A DNA stretch of 62,031 nucleotides, filler included, from Choristocarpus tenellus KU-1152 (lineage: Eukaryota; Protista; Phaeophyceae): the NCBI GenBank assembly GCA_964200185.2. It is 10 parts of 10 records of this genome, joined end to end, with 100 filler letters (N's around TTAATTAATTAA, not from the genome) between each part and the next. Parts side by side here need not be neighbours in the genome. Positions count along the whole stretch, not along the records: positions 38,413 to 41,783 come from CAXNAD020020482.1; positions 41,884 to 44,606 come from CAXNAD020025301.1; positions 44,707 to 50,833 come from CAXNAD020008878.1; positions 50,934 to 53,476 come from CAXNAD020026906.1; 6 more parts are not named here. One strand, written 5' to 3'. A program made the translations under genes and the position numbers. The notes under the pieces were generated by a model. The model ran no database searches, was not told where the DNA came from, and saw nothing but the letters and a program-made list of their open reading frames with translations. How positions within the stretch are numbered: the stretch's first letter is position 1; each line of letters opens with the position of its first letter. Shown one piece after another: positions 38,519-52,184 of this stretch.

Positions 38519-39900
38519 GCCTAGCCCAGCCCAGAACTGCATGGAGTCCGAATCACAAGTAATACTAGAAGTTGAAGTTGTCACCAATATTTCAAGTAGA
38601 ACTTTCCTCAACTAAATATTTTAATAGACAAAAAAAGATGAAAAATCCTTTGAACTTTGAGTTACAACTTTGAGTTTAAAATACCACCATGAGAAAAAAA
38701 AAGCACGATACTATACTTACCCAAGTGCTCTCAATAAACAAACAAAAAACTGTGTTCAGCAGGTAACACCTGATTGCAACAACCTTTCCTGACACACAAG
38801 TTGAATGATTGTAAGAGGTGGCAACAATCAGGTCCCCCGTGGAAAATGGATCAGGTCAGAAATTGCAATGGCTTATGTCCACCTAGCACGGTTTCATTAA
38901 CATGCCAAAACAATGTACATGTGTATTTTACGTATGTGTATGCTATGTAGGTCTAAGCCATGTATGTGTATGATATGCATGTGTTATTTATACACGTTAT
39001 GTGACACGCACACATGCAAGTGTGTTCTCTTTATGCCCTCCAACCAAGCCACTGCCCGGCATTTGACACACGGACACGAGGGGAATGGCTACTACACACA
39101 GCAAAAATCAACCTCTCATCCTGTACCAAGACAGGTGGGTGAACTAACGACTCTCAAATTGAAAAACCGGACTGTTTCATCTTATCTGCATCAAAACGCC
39201 AAGGTTGATAAGACTGATAAGTTGATAAGACAACAAATTACGGGATAAAACGCAATACGAAAAATAAAAAAGGTATCAACACGAGTAAGACATTCCTGTC
39301 CCAAAAGAAAAAATAATCAAAAAAGAAGGTAATTCCAGTGTGTTTGTGTGTGTGTGTGTCCCCATTACTTCAAAAACGAAAATATCATCGCTGAGTGTTA
39401 ATTGCTGTCCTTGACGATCTGTTGTCCCCCACACAACCAGCAATATTGTTTATATTGTTTATAGCTTGTATCACAGTTGAGAAGAGAGTGAGATACCATC
39501 ACTAGGTGGGGTTCACCAAGCCTTCCAACCGCAAATGACTCAGAATGCCAAATTACTCAACAGTTCTATAGCACACGTCAGAAACACTCCAACTCTAACA
39601 TTCCGCCAATTACTTCTGGTCAAATACCCTAACCCTAACCCTAAACATCCCGAATGTCCCGCATTATTGTCTGTACATAAATAAAATAAAATAATAATAC
39701 TTCAAATCATATTCTCACAAATGGTCAAGCATAATCTTGACACTGAGGTAGCATCAACTGACCGTTACAAAGTGATGCCCGGCGCCCCTCCCACTGACTG
39801 AAGGAGGAAGGGGGGGAGGGCAGCAAATGGCAAACAAATACATGCACCCATCCCACTGTTCACTCAAAAAAATTCCACAAAATTATCACATTTATACCAC

Positions 39901-40118
39901 ACTGGGATTGTTTTTTTAAATAAAGTACAACTGAGACAAATTCATTTTCAAAAGTATACATTTATTTATAACACACATTGGGATTGTTTTTTTTAATAAA
40001 GTACAACTGAGACAAATTCATTTTCAAAAGTACACATTTATTTATATATTATAACACACATTGGGATTGCTTTTTTTTATAAAGTACAACTGAGACAAAT
40101 TCATTTTCAAAGGTATAC
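39901..40118. repeat. ~75-80-bp tandem repeat, 3 copies
   Basis: TGGGATTG(T)nAATAAAGTACAACTGAGACAAATTCATTTTCAAA occurs three times. Confidence 0.9.
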
Positions 40119-40240
40119 ATGTAGATATATCATCTCCAAACCAAATCATCACCCCTAATTTAGGGGGCACTACACATTAAAAAAACTCCACAGCAAAAAC
40201 AAATATATATATATATATATATTACACTAGTGCAACTAAC

Positions 40241-40359
40241 CTCTTCAAGGCAAGGTGAGCCTTTGGCAGGAGGCGTTCCTGGTCTGTTTCCAACTTGAAA
40301 GACACACGAAAGCTCTCCGGTGCCCACTTCGCCTGAATCATTCCCAGGCATTTCGGAAC
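40241..40359 (-). CDS. PPCS: Phosphopantothenate-cysteine ligase (eukaryotic CoaB), single internal exon
   Basis: TAG|VPKCLGMIQAKWAPESFRVSFKLETDQERLLPKAHLALK|GTTAGT; WAP..F.SFKLETD is the PPCS signature. Confidence 0.9.
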
Positions 40360-40587
40360 CTAATAAAAGAAAAAAAACATGAAAAAAAATGAGACCATAG
40401 ATAACTAGCTGTTGCTAGTTAGAAGACAGAGGTCTTCATGTGTGCAGGTGTCATGAGTTCAAAAGAACAGAACAAAAAAGCTCAACGTCGACACTCAAGA
40501 TTTAAAAAATAACAAGAAAATGTTGTATCAAATCAAATTGTTCAGAATTATTATTTGTTCGTATTGATTCTTACTGCATAGAAATGA

Positions 40588-40730
40588 CAAAAAATAAATA
40601 TATTATTAAACATAATAGAAAAAATAAATATATCATCAAACATAATAGTAGAAAAAATATATATATTATTAAACATAATAGTAGAAAAAATATATATATT
40701 ATTAAACATAATGGTAGAAAAAAAAAATCA
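40588..40730. repeat. AT-rich ~30-33-bp tandem repeat, about 4 copies
   Basis: AAAAAATATATATATTATTAAACATAATAGTAG-like units. Confidence 0.8.
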
Positions 40731-42276
40731 TAATAATACATAGTAGATCAAAATCATTCAGCATGTTTTCATTCGCATTGATGTTGCTACATGGAGATTA
40801 TTAAAACAAATGAAATAATTATTATTATAATATAATAATAATAATAATAATAATTGTAAGAAGACTAGCCTGTTTACTACATGGAGATGATAAAAATGAA
40901 ATAATAATAATAATAATAATAGTACTAGTACTAGTCTGTTGCATTTTCCTAACTCTTCTTTCACCTAAATTGCTCTCTATCATACACTTTCCAGGGCGCC
41001 CCAAAGATTATCTCTGAATCAGTATGCAATACATTACACAATACACTGAACAAAACTATCCAAGGTGAGTACCACGACACTGCATCAGTACCAATATATC
41101 AGTACCAATATATCGGTACCGAAATATCCCACTCTGTCGCTAAACATCCAACCACCACAACACAAGCAAACTTCACACCTTTTTTTTATTTTTTAAAAAT
41201 CTCAGGCGTATCCCCTTCATAACCAACCCTCATTCTCATCACACACGTTCTTTTTTTTTTACATTTTTTGCATCACAAACTACACCATATCCCTATAAAA
41301 ACAACATATATATGTATTTTATATGTGCATATATATTATTTATTTTACGCATGCCCTACAGTAAATGAGTACTAGAAACCTTATCAGAAAAAAAAAGAGG
41401 AATGAAGTTCATTCATTAAATAATTACACCTAATTGCTATCACTGACTCATTTTTTAAAAAAAGGGCTGTTGTGGCAGAAACTTTCAAAGAATTGAAACA
41501 AGCATTGCCCTCAAAAAGAGCATCGAGACAACAATCCTTCTCAACCAATGCTAGTCCCAAGATTTTGCAGGACCAAAGCGCTTACGGGTGGGATCCACAA
41601 AAGAAAAGTAAAGGTAAAACAAAGGTAAAACAAAGGTAAAACACACTATTCCATACACGCTACTACAAGGGATTTAATTTTATTTCTTCTCCAACATTTC
41701 GGTGCCCCTTCCCTCAAATACAAAATCATACTTTTAAAAACTCGATACGATAAAAACGCCCCCCTCCCCCCCCCCCCCCCCCCNNNNNNNNNNNNNNNNN
41801 NNNNNNNNNNNNNNNNNNNNNNNNNNNTTAATTAATTAANNNNNNNNNNNNNNNNNNNNNNNNNNNNNNNNNNNNNNNNNNNNGTGCAAGTTGTTGGACT
41901 TGTAATACATCGCAAGAGAAGAACAGGGAGAGGGAGAATAAGGCCACAACAGCCCAGGGCTAAAACATAGTAAAATAAAATCTTGCATCACATAAAATAA
42001 AAGAAAACATCAGGTTTTTCATTTTGCTGCTCATTCGTTGTACCCCTCCTCCCCCTGCCATCGCAAGAAGTTCTGCACGTCACCCGAAGCAATAATGGGC
42101 GTAGACTCTCGTAAGCATCTTACCGGGAATTCAAGAGACACACGAACAACCTGCTTGAACTAAGTACTGGACGAACGAGACATAAAAAACAAAAAACATT
42201 CCCNNNNNNNNNNATGTGCGCCCACCCGCCTCTCACCCCCTCCTTCCCGCACCCCGTCCCGATTATCTTTTTACTC

Positions 42277-42590
42277 CTATTCGTCAGCCCCTTCATCCTT
42301 CTCTGTATCATACCCTAACCCATCTTCCTCTTCCTCCTTGGCCTCCTCTGCGTTGCTGACATGCTCCGGGTCGTCTTCCATGGCAGAATCACCTGCACCC
42401 CTCCATACGTTGCGACCTTCCCCCTTTCCACCCGTGCCGGAAGAGGGACGCTTGCGCTTTCTAGTGGTCATTGGCGTCAATTCTGAGTCCGAATCCACCA
42501 CTTCGGACCCACGAGAATGCACTACCCTAAGACCCGGGAGTGCGTTGAATGGTGATCTGGTGTCATTCTTTGACCGTGGTTTGCACACCC
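42277..42590 (-). CDS. Probable terminal exon of an unknown protein (NLS-like RKRKR, acidic tail)
   Basis: GC-rich open stretch ...TTRKRKRPSS...EEAKEEEEDGLGYDTEKDEGADE* in an AT-rich background; no family recognised. Confidence 0.4.
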
Positions 42591-44543
42591 TCCCGACATA
42601 ATATACTATGAAATATTAAAACTTCCACATCCATGACGTTATTTTAAAAGGCATACAATAAACATGTGCTGCTAGTGCCTAATGATCCACAGTTAGTCAT
42701 ACATAGTGACGGGTCAATCGGAAGTGTCTCCTTCCCCTGTTATCAATACCCGAAGATGGTGATAGTAGGTAGTTGGTGAGATTGCTTGTTATCCTTAATT
42801 GGCTTCTTGGCACAGAGTGTCACACTTTGAATCCAAGTTTCAGAACCCCAGACACACTACCACATTCCTTCACACACTCACGGACTATGCATCACATTTA
42901 GACGTACCCCTCACTCCCATGTGACTATATTTGTGGTGTACCAAGTACTCAGTATTATCCTGACAATCAAATCCGTGATTCCAGTTTCTCACACGTAAAG
43001 CTTGGTGGAGTGAGAGCCCAAAGTTGCAGATAACTAAATCTGCAAAAACTCAAAAGAGCGTAGAGATATTCAGATTCTTACTCTTGGTAGAGGAAAAGCT
43101 TCAGAAAAATAAACTGTGCAGTATATTTTATGTATACTTCAAGAAGTGTACGTAACTATCATAACCACTATCCGCTCACTACGTACAGTGTGGAAAAACA
43201 CAAACCGAAGTGTCCTTTAAACTCAATGGACACAACAAACCACAACACACAATAAATCAAGAACGCCTGAACTGCTGGGGGAAACACAAACAATGCTTCA
43301 TGTATGTCACTGCACTCAAAATATGGTACTATTAATTGTAGCTCTTACAAAGAACTGAGGATCACTACCACTGAAAAGCAAAAAGGTTTGAACTGAACTC
43401 TCAATTTGTGAGCAGCACCAGGGTGTAACAACCAGTGAAGTATCTTCAACACTGTCAAGAGAGTAGGATTTGCAATGCAACAGACTCATTGGAACACAAA
43501 AATCACATGAAAATCCATGCCTCAACTTGACATCACATTCATTTATTGCTCGACCTGCCTAGCAACCAAACCCCATCAGCAGAAACAGGAACACGCCAAT
43601 GGGATGTACAAGAACTTGTTTTCTGTTGATGCCTGTTTTCTGTTCTGACAGCATACGATCACACACAGTAATGAAGAAAGCAGAATCAACTTCAGACCAT
43701 AGCTCAAACCCCAGAAAAATACATGGAGATCATTGCAACAAATTAATCAGAAGAAAAATAAACGAGCGCTAAGACCAATCGCAACAACAATGGGGTGATG
43801 TCCAAGGACATTAAAAAAATAAAAACAAAAGTTACTATACTTGCAGCGGCCTTATCAAAACACAAAACTCTTTCTTCTATTATGACTGGTTAATGGTGAA
43901 TTACAAAACACTGAGCTAGGAAAAATAAGCAAGGCAGAGTGTCTTGCTGCGCATTGCAATTATTTTAACAATGATGAACTATTACTCCACAAAATGATAC
44001 AAACAGGGATGATTCAACCTTCAATTCGTAGATGGGGGGGGGGGAGGGAAGGGGGAGGGGAACAGTGGGAAACAGGCAAACACAACAAGGTCTACTAAGT
44101 CTGGGGCGACATAATTGAAGGTAATATGACTGACAACATCACAACACGGCCTCGACCAATCAAAACACCTCTCAGCTCACTATACAGCATATCATCACAC
44201 CCCAATCCAACTTAATCAGACCTGGACAAGTGGCTGAAAGTCCTGGTGTCCATTTTCATACCTTCCCTTTCTCTGAGATATTCCAAAACCCAAGGTGGGG
44301 CAGATATTAAGGATTCTAGGACGACTGCGTATTTAAATCTTTCTGCCCAATGCCCCAAGGCATGATCTACAGAAAATGAAATAAATAGTGCTGTTTCGCA
44401 CAATCTCTAATCAACAAAAAGCACTAAAAACAATCTCCCCCCCCTCCCCCACACACACCAAGAACACACCCTACTCACTACCCCTCCACAACAAGCGGGG
44501 TCGGGCGATCCAATAAAAACCTTTCTAATATACCATCATAGTA

Positions 44544-44573
44544 GGGTCAAAGTATCTGGGGGGGGGGGGGGGG
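44544..44573 (+). mobile_element. Terminus of a sister element family GGGTCAAAGTATCT(G)n; other ends at 50807-50833(+), 50991-51016(-), 53632-53655(-), and diverged ends at ~5492-5510(-) and ~18103-18130(-)
   Basis: Shares 13 of 14 terminal bases with the GAG MITE, followed by a poly-G tract. Confidence 0.7.
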
Positions 44574-44719
44574 CCGGCAAACATTTTTCCCCCCTTTTTC
44601 TTTTTTNNNNNNNNNNNNNNNNNNNNNNNNNNNNNNNNNNNNNNNNNNNNTTAATTAATTAANNNNNNNNNNNNNNNNNNNNNNNNNNNNNNNNNNNNNN
44701 NNNNNNTAATCCACCAGTG

Positions 44720-46136
44720 GTGTCTATAGTGTATCAGCAGCACTATCTACGAACAGTACCCATATCCGCATCCCCCCAGTACGCGTCATGTACCAATTCA
44801 TCCTCCTCTACTGAGCTCACCCGAGAATCAATACCTTTGGTGCATACACGGATGTATCCCCCTCATCCTTCAAGGTACGAATGTAGCTGTAGCAATGATC
44901 CTGACAAGGATGGCTGTCAGCATGCATTAAGCACTGCTTGAACTTAATGCCTAGAATTTGTAGGGCAGAGTGACATTGTCGTTCGTTATCTGTTGAATGT
45001 CAAGTACCTTGTCGAGTGTGGTTATATCAGAGCAAGGCAGTAGCAATTTTCACATCATCGACAGCATCATCTTAATCTACGACAGGCTGCTATGTCCTTC
45101 TCTCGTACAAAGCTACTCTACCTTGCTTCATCTTTGTTCTCGAACCATCGTAATGCATCCAGTGTTGCAGGGAATTCAAAACGACTGTGGGCCTTGCTGG
45201 ACAAACCACTATTCTGATCAAAGCCAAATACCTTTAGGTGGAACGAAAGGAAGAGCAATGAGGCTGGGGGTGGGGAAAGGGAGAGGGGGACTGAGAATGG
45301 AACCATCTGGCAATGGAGGAAGGCAGAATCCAGGAAACCTGATACAGCAAAATTCAATACAGGACAGATGAGAGGCCTAACTATACATACAGTGCAAGGG
45401 AATGCTGGGGGTACCTGCAGCATAGGGAGAAATTCCACGATCTGTTCGCCCTTCATGGCATCCTGTTTCCCATGTGAATTGCTCTCGTACCGATTGGTCC
45501 AGTCATCTTCTCTGTTCAACATAGCTTTACCAGAGTCAAGACAAACAAAGACACAAGGTGTCACGCAGTGCTGAAGTTTCTCAATGAAGCTCCAATATGT
45601 TCATCATGTGATCCCTTCAAGAATTCGATCTCATTGGCAACATGCTTACCTCAAACCCAGACAACTACTTATGTGCTTTACACAATGGGTAGCACCTATG
45701 AAATGAAACAGAAAAGGAAAGAAAGAAGAAGCTCTTCGGACAAACCTCATTCTATCTCCTCGAAAGGAAAGGCAATGTTGCCAACGAATTTTTCTGGAGA
45801 AGCAAACAAATCCACAATAAAAAACGAATAACAGGAGGAGTTTACGTAGAGTCAGCACTAGGTCAAAACAAAACTGGAGACTGGACGACCCTTCTGGCTA
45901 TTATCGTGCAACAGAAACAAGCGTAGGTACTCAGTACTTGCACCATATGATAAGGTATTATAATAGTGTCCACTAACATTTTGCAGAGAGGTGGAATCGA
46001 AGATAGTCGTCAAGGCCCTCACATACTCAGTAAGAAATGCCGTAAACCCATGATGACCTCCACCACCAATCGTTTCAAAACGCAGCTCCCTCGATATGAG
46101 GAACATCACGACACACACAGGATTAACAGCAGCCAC
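44720..46136 (-). pseudogene. USP7-like ubiquitin-specific protease (peptidase C19) pseudogene
   Basis: NRYESNSHGKQDAMKGEQIVEFLPMLQ|VFGFDQNSGLSSKAHSRFEFPATLD, then frameshifted VQAVL/MHADSHPCQDHCYSYIR and DSRVSSVEEDELVHDAYWG. Compare USP7 NKYDAGEHGLQEAEKG...DRFEFP...LHAVLVHSGDNHGGHY...DDDVVS...NYGG. Confidence 0.6.
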
Positions 46137-47013
46137 TATCTCATACTATGCATGATGAAATTTTAAACTACTACTTGACTTCCATACTTACTTGGCAAAC
46201 ATTCTTCCCACAGGAAGGAGGGAGGGTTAACCTACATATTAGTTATTTTGATGGATCTCATTCAGGTACACTTAATATTGTGATAGATGCGATATTGTGC
46301 AAATCGATTTTTTGACTACATTTTTGTATCATGCTTGCAGATATTGTCAACGAGAAGGAAACGACTTACACCATTCTCGAACCTGTTTTTAGAGAGGCGA
46401 TGGAGAAAAAGATAAGAATTAGGGCATATCATGTGTCAAAAAAGAAAAAAGGGCAGATCCATTAGTCAAGTTCACAGAGAAAACAAATTGTAAGGCAGAA
46501 AGAAAATAATTACAAGGAAGAAAATATTTACAATGTAAGGATCAATTCCAGCATCAATTACGAACAATAATTGGTTCAAGAAGGGCCATATATTTACATG
46601 TACTTCCGAGAATGTAGGTCAAGTCCTTACACCCACTACATAAAATTTACTACCATCAATACCAAGAAGAGCATTCTAAGTTAGGCAAACGAACCCAGCG
46701 TTCTTACCCTCCAAATAAGAAGAAAAATAAGAGAAGAAACTCAGCAGGCATTAACACAACATGTATGTCGTGACCAAGGGCACTTTCGTGTGATGGGCTG
46801 TGGTTGTTTTAACCTCAGCGATATGCCAGGCGTCCATGAAGTATTTTGTTCCACCCTCCTCACACCTGTACCACCTGTCTGAGTCTTCTTATGCATGTGT
46901 GTGTATGTACCAAGTCAGCCCTAGCGTGAGAAGCAGTTATCGTTTTGTGTAACCGTCAAACACACACAGATTTATTTTGAGTTGCCAGAGTATTATAGCA
47001 CCGAAGCAAGACC

Positions 47014-48265
47014 ATGATTGAATCGGGAGACGAAGTTGGGACTAGCACCGATACTGCTTTGGCAAGAGATTATCCAGACAATAAGTTAGATGCTAACAAC
47101 AGGGACGATGTTGGGAACCAAGAAGAGACGAATCGGAATCTTTCGCGCGAAGACGAGAGTAGTCCAACTGGGAGCAGGAACGAACGTCATGAAGCATTGG
47201 GAGGAGAGAGTGAAGTAGTGGACGCTTTGGGGAAGGATGAGACAGGGGATCACGAGGAGGGTCACACAGGAGGGACGGAGAGGGGCGATGGGGTCGACGC
47301 TCAGGGAAAAGTTGAGCTGGTGGGTGCACCCAAATCATCTAGTCCTCAAAAGGGTATACCATCCCCGCCTGAGTGGCCCTCGTACTGCAACCCAAGCTAC
47401 CTCATGCCTAAAATCCTAGACGTCCGCGTTATGGTGGACGGAGAGCTTCGAACAATCCCAGTGGAAATTGAGAAATGCAGGAATGACAAGCCGTACCATG
47501 GTGGCTATCGACACAAGATTAATGGTTGTGTATACCACCATGCTTCCACGCAATTTGGTCAAAGGAAGCATGTCATGAAGGACACGAGTCACCTACGCAC
47601 GCGGGATACTCAAACGTTCCGTCTGAAGACGAGAACCATGCAAACCATCAATGAGTGTGGGACGCAAGTGAGAATATTTGTGTGCCCCCTGTTCTTTTAC
47701 AGGGACCTACGGGATTGAGATGTAGTTCCTGTCACAAGTTAGTTTGGAAACCGAAGATAGATGTAGTGGTGTAGCGTCGTGGGGAAGCCTCCCCCAATAT
47801 CCTGGTAAATAACAAAATTGTTCCTGTGTCGTGCTGTGATCATGGGCGTATATTTATCATGCTTGTGAGGATACTTAAGCCACATAACCCTACAAGTATT
47901 CCCAAAGATACAATCCAGTAGGGGACCCTCAAAGTGCCGCACTTTGTTTTTCTCGTCCTTCTTGTGTGAATTAGATGGCACGGAAGGACATGTATTTGCA
48001 CAACGACAAGGGTACCGTCAGACCTGTTGGTCGTTATCTGACAGCTGCGGAATACTGGAGAATTCGTGCCCGAAAAGTCGTGGTCATACAGCGATTTTGG
48101 AGGGGATACAGCGCACGCCACCGTGTATGGTTCAAGCGAGAACGGCAGCAGGAGCAGCAGAATATACAGAACGAGAAGAAAACATTGGAGGAGGCTGGAA
48201 AGGAAAAGAGAAGGAGAAAGGAGATGCAGCGGCGCATGAACCCTAGCACTGTGCAGGATTTCGAG
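47014..48265 (+). CDS. IQUB: IQ and ubiquitin-like domain-containing flagellar protein, 5' part; exons 47014-47667 and 47975-48265
   Basis: KPYHGGYRHKINGCVYHHASTQ...RTRDTQT...ECGTQ|MARKDMYL...RYLTAAEY...IQRFWRGYSARHRV (IQ motif)...RRMNPSTVQDFE; phase-0 GT-AG intron. Confidence 0.9.
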
Positions 48266-49031
48266 GTAAGGACCACTCAACTTATAGCTTCTATCTATGT
48301 AGTTTCTTTGTCATCAAGTACTTGCACTCTTGAGTCAAAGTAAACGAGAGGTACCCAAAGCTGCATTTTAAGGATTGTTGCAAATACGTGCAAAATTCGA
48401 CCTTTTCTACAAATGTGTATAGGATATTTTCCAAATTGTACCAAAAACTTCCGAAGTATAAAGAAATCGACCCTCTCAAGTCAAACTCAGTGCCTTATGA
48501 ATAGAAATGTGAGTGAAATGCAAAAGATGAAAAACTGCCTGATCATGCAAAATGATCATAATCTGGGTAGCTCTCATTTACTTTGGCTCATTTCAGGAAC
48601 GGGCATATTATTCTTCGATTGGTCGACAAGTTTTTATTTTCATCTCCTGTAAGGACTCTGTGTATTAAGGACTACATTGCCTTAGTATGGCAGAATTTGA
48701 AATGTCAGATAGCGAAGTTTCAATAGAATACAGTAGTGAAATAACTCGGAAGATTAAGGAATCTTCTTCGAATGGTTCTCTTGTTTCTTGTTCCCAAACT
48801 GAGTGCACTAGACACGGTTGGACCAAAGGCGATTTGTGACTTTCCCACTATGTATTAAATACATTAAAATTTTATTATGGACATAAATATATAGTTTGAA
48901 GTACATAAAGAAGGGTGGTTCAGTCTCCTCAATGACAGATAAGGAGGGCACAATATTGTGTTGTATTGGGCATGTGAATGGCCATCAAGTCATGAGGGCC
49001 TGCAATTCTACCCTATCTCTCTAAAAGTTGC

Positions 49032-49567
49032 ATGTCATAAAAAACCCATTGGAAGCCAAGCCACCAATGGACGGACAGGTTGAAACTTGTACCCTCTAAG
49101 ATACTTTCGCTCTGCCACATAGTACCACATAGTACAAACTATTTTCAAACACCACAACAAACAGGACCTGTAAGCAATGGAAAAATTCATGAAGGAAAGC
49201 GGTGTGCATATTTCTTTGCAACTGTGAATTTGGTTGTCCTGGGTTTCAGAAAGTACACGAAGAAATTACTTCTGTTACCGCCCACTGCCCAAGCTCAAGA
49301 AGTTTATCTCTGGATTCCCAGAGCAGAAACATAAAAACAAAGTGAACGCAGGAAGACAGATCAATTCACAGGTTCACCCATGACCATTTTCTTTCTCCGA
49401 AAATTTTTGGAGTAGTTAAATTGTATACGTTAGGATAAGGTGTGTCCGGAACATGATGGATATTGACACTTCCTAACAAACACGATAGCCAAAATTACAT
49501 CAAAATCGCAACATTGGATTTTGACCCCCAAATGGACACAGCTCTACCCTCTAAGGTAATTTGACTC
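49032..49567. mobile_element. One MITE insertion split by an inversion: 3' half 49032-49112 (+), 5' half 49380-49567 (-)
   Basis: TGCC follows the 3' TIR (49113-49116) and GGCA (TGCC reverse-complemented) abuts the 5' TIR (49568-49571). Confidence 0.8.
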
Positions 49568-51199
49568 GGCACTAAACATGCATGATGGAGAAAAGACAAA
49601 AAGTACGGTTGGCTTCACAGGAGATGCATATACACAACTTGAGATTTCTGGACGTATTGTGCAACATCCTTAGAGTGAACTATTTTGGCGCATGCCAAGA
49701 GTAGTTGAAAGGGGTCCGCTCTGACTGTGCTGCTTGTTTTTCCTTGTGGCACCACCTATCTATAGGCTATCGACCTCACTTTGAAGATGGCATTCAGGTT
49801 TATCAGGGCCCTACTTCAAAGGATCGGTTGCCTTCTAATTGTGTTAAATCACTGCAATTCTCCTCCTCACAAGCCTTTTAACAGTATGCATTTTCTGTGC
49901 ACAACGGCTTCTATTCCATAGAACAAAGGACACATTATATTTGAGATTGTTGTGGACAAGACATAGGTTGTGTCACTATGTAGTGGTAACTGGCATTCCC
50001 TTGGAAACTTCGTCATCGAAACCTTTCAATCAGTCATGTATTATTTATATTGAGCGCTCATGGGTTTTGTGTGGTTTGCTTGAGAGTTTCTTGTGGTGCT
50101 GGATACTTTGTGCATCTCTCCTTACATGCTATGCACACACTTTGAATCAATCAACTACATGACGTTTTTTAGACTGCTGTGTAAGTCATAATTCATAGAT
50201 TGTTTTGATCTCACAACTCTACAAACACGGTATTTCTGGGTCAAATTTACTCCTGAAATTTCTCTGACATCGTCCCTCTCTTTTGGAGGACTTGGTTTTT
50301 GGACGACTTTGGCAAGCATTATTCCTTCAATTCCACCTAAATATCACATTCGTGATGTCATATACCCACTGGAGGAGCTACTTCAAGACAACTCATAGTC
50401 TAATTTAGTGAATTCCTACTAAGAATCTCTAACTCTCCTTGTAGATCAGTGGGTAAGGTGTAGTGTTTCCAGCACTTGAGTTTTGGGCTTGAATCCAGAT
50501 TTTTTCATTTTTTTCAAGAGACGTACTGTTTTTGATTATCCACTAGATGCTATGGAGCAAGTGGCACCGAGCTTTGTCCAGGCTGACAGATGTTACGGGA
50601 CAAATGGGATGGAGTTATTATGGGACAATAGGCGTTATGAGGGGGTGCAATGGACATTGTAGGTTGAATATGGCCGATAGTTCTGTAGGATAACACAATG
50701 AATATTGTTGAGGTTTTGTATTTCTTGAGGTGTGCATTATGGTTATGACCTGCAATCCTGTGCACATACTAACATAATGCTCCATCTAAGGAGTATTTCC
50801 GGAACAGGCTCAAAGTATCTGGTGGGGAGGGGGNNNNNNNNNNNNNNNNNNNNNNNNNNNNNNNNNNNNNNNNNNNNTTAATTAATTAANNNNNNNNNNN
50901 NNNNNNNNNNNNNNNNNNNNNNNNNNNNNNNNNAAGCAGACTCTACATTCTAAATAGATACACTATTAATTTCTGCCTGCCTCCACCTATCCCCCCCCCC
51001 CCAGATACTTTGACCCTGCATTCATTCGAAAAATCAACATAAATTTCGTTCAACTCAAGCCTGTCCTCCCTTGCTCTTGCGCCTTGATAAAATATCACCC
51101 GCCCAGGAAACACGGACGACGTCCATTTCCAGTACTCAACGAGGAAATGTTATGGTAAAGGCTCTAACACTGCGAACCCTGTACCTGTGTATGAACGAC

Positions 51200-51410
51200 G
51201 GGAAAGACCATCAAACCGCGCTCGAGATGGCAGCAGGATAAGCGATCGTCAGGTCGGAAACTGTGAATAAGTGGGAGAGAGATTTCCTGAGGGTCACATC
51301 AAGGTGTCGGAACAAGGACACTACGAAAGGCGTTTCGTCCTGGGCCTCGACGAGGACATCCTTGCCGAGCTCAAAGAGTGGGTGTGGGAACACACAGGAA
51401 GAAAGGATGG
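51200..51410 (+). mobile_element. Tc1/Sagan-like transposase N-terminal fragment, frameshifted
   Basis: SETVNKWERDFL / GHIKVSEQGHYERRFVLGLDEDILAELKEWVWEHTGRKG resembles the N-terminal region of the family seen at 5512-5808 (from memory of the family). Confidence 0.45.
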
Positions 51411-51924
51411 GGAGACTTTTTTCTCACCTAAACCCTGAACTTCAATCAAGTAATAGTACCTCTGTTGCCGCTCTTGGTGACCTGCAATCCAGGGTTCGAA
51501 CCCCAATATTACCGCTCTTTCTTCAAAAAATAAAAATATGGCGAAAAACAAAAACGAAGCCCGTGCTCCGGATGGCCTTGTGACGGGCATCACGAATATT
51601 CTTTTATTTTTTAAATCCGATATCTAATATCAAAAGTTATGACTGGACAACCCCAGAGGGCGAAGCTAATGGTACCACTGCAAGGGAAAGAAAAAATATC
51701 CTCTCTTATATCCCGATCCTCTCTTATTGTATATAAGAGCGCTTAAGCTGAGGGATGGTGATATAAGAGAAACCTATGTTATATCGAGCAAGAGTGGTTA
51801 TGGTTACAGGCGCTTTATACTTGTCCAAGAACGATGACAGAATGACGCCCTTGCTGCATGTGCTTCCTATGTGCCTTCAAGAGTAGTTACATATAGATAT
51901 GTATTGAACATTGCCCTCAGTGAG

Positions 51925-52184
51925 GAGTGGAAGTATCTTAGAGGGTACGAGTTTTGCCCTGTTTGTCCATTTGGGACTTGGCTTCCCATGGGTTATTTTA
52001 TGACATTTTCCTTCTCCAAAATGTTTCGGAATAGGTAAAGTGTGTATGTTATGAAAGTGTGTGTCCAGAACATGGATAATGGCACTTCCTAACAATCACG
52101 ATAGCAAAAAATTGCATCGAAATCACATCATTGGATTTTGACCGCCAAATGGACAAGGCTCTACCCTCTAAGATACTTTGGCTC
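51925..52184 (-). mobile_element. MITE copy in reverse orientation, TSD TGAG
   Basis: GAGTGGAAGTATCTTAGAGGGTA ... TACCCTCTAAGATACTTTGGCTC; TGAG at 51921-51924 and 52185-52188. Confidence 0.9.

Noticed and set aside
6452-40359. Apparent cluster of bacterial-like or organelle genes (iscA, minC, gyrB, coaB) as an operon, HGT island or endosymbiont insert
   Set aside because: The genes are on different concatenated contigs and have spliceosomal exon structure; only minC and the lumen gene are truly linked.
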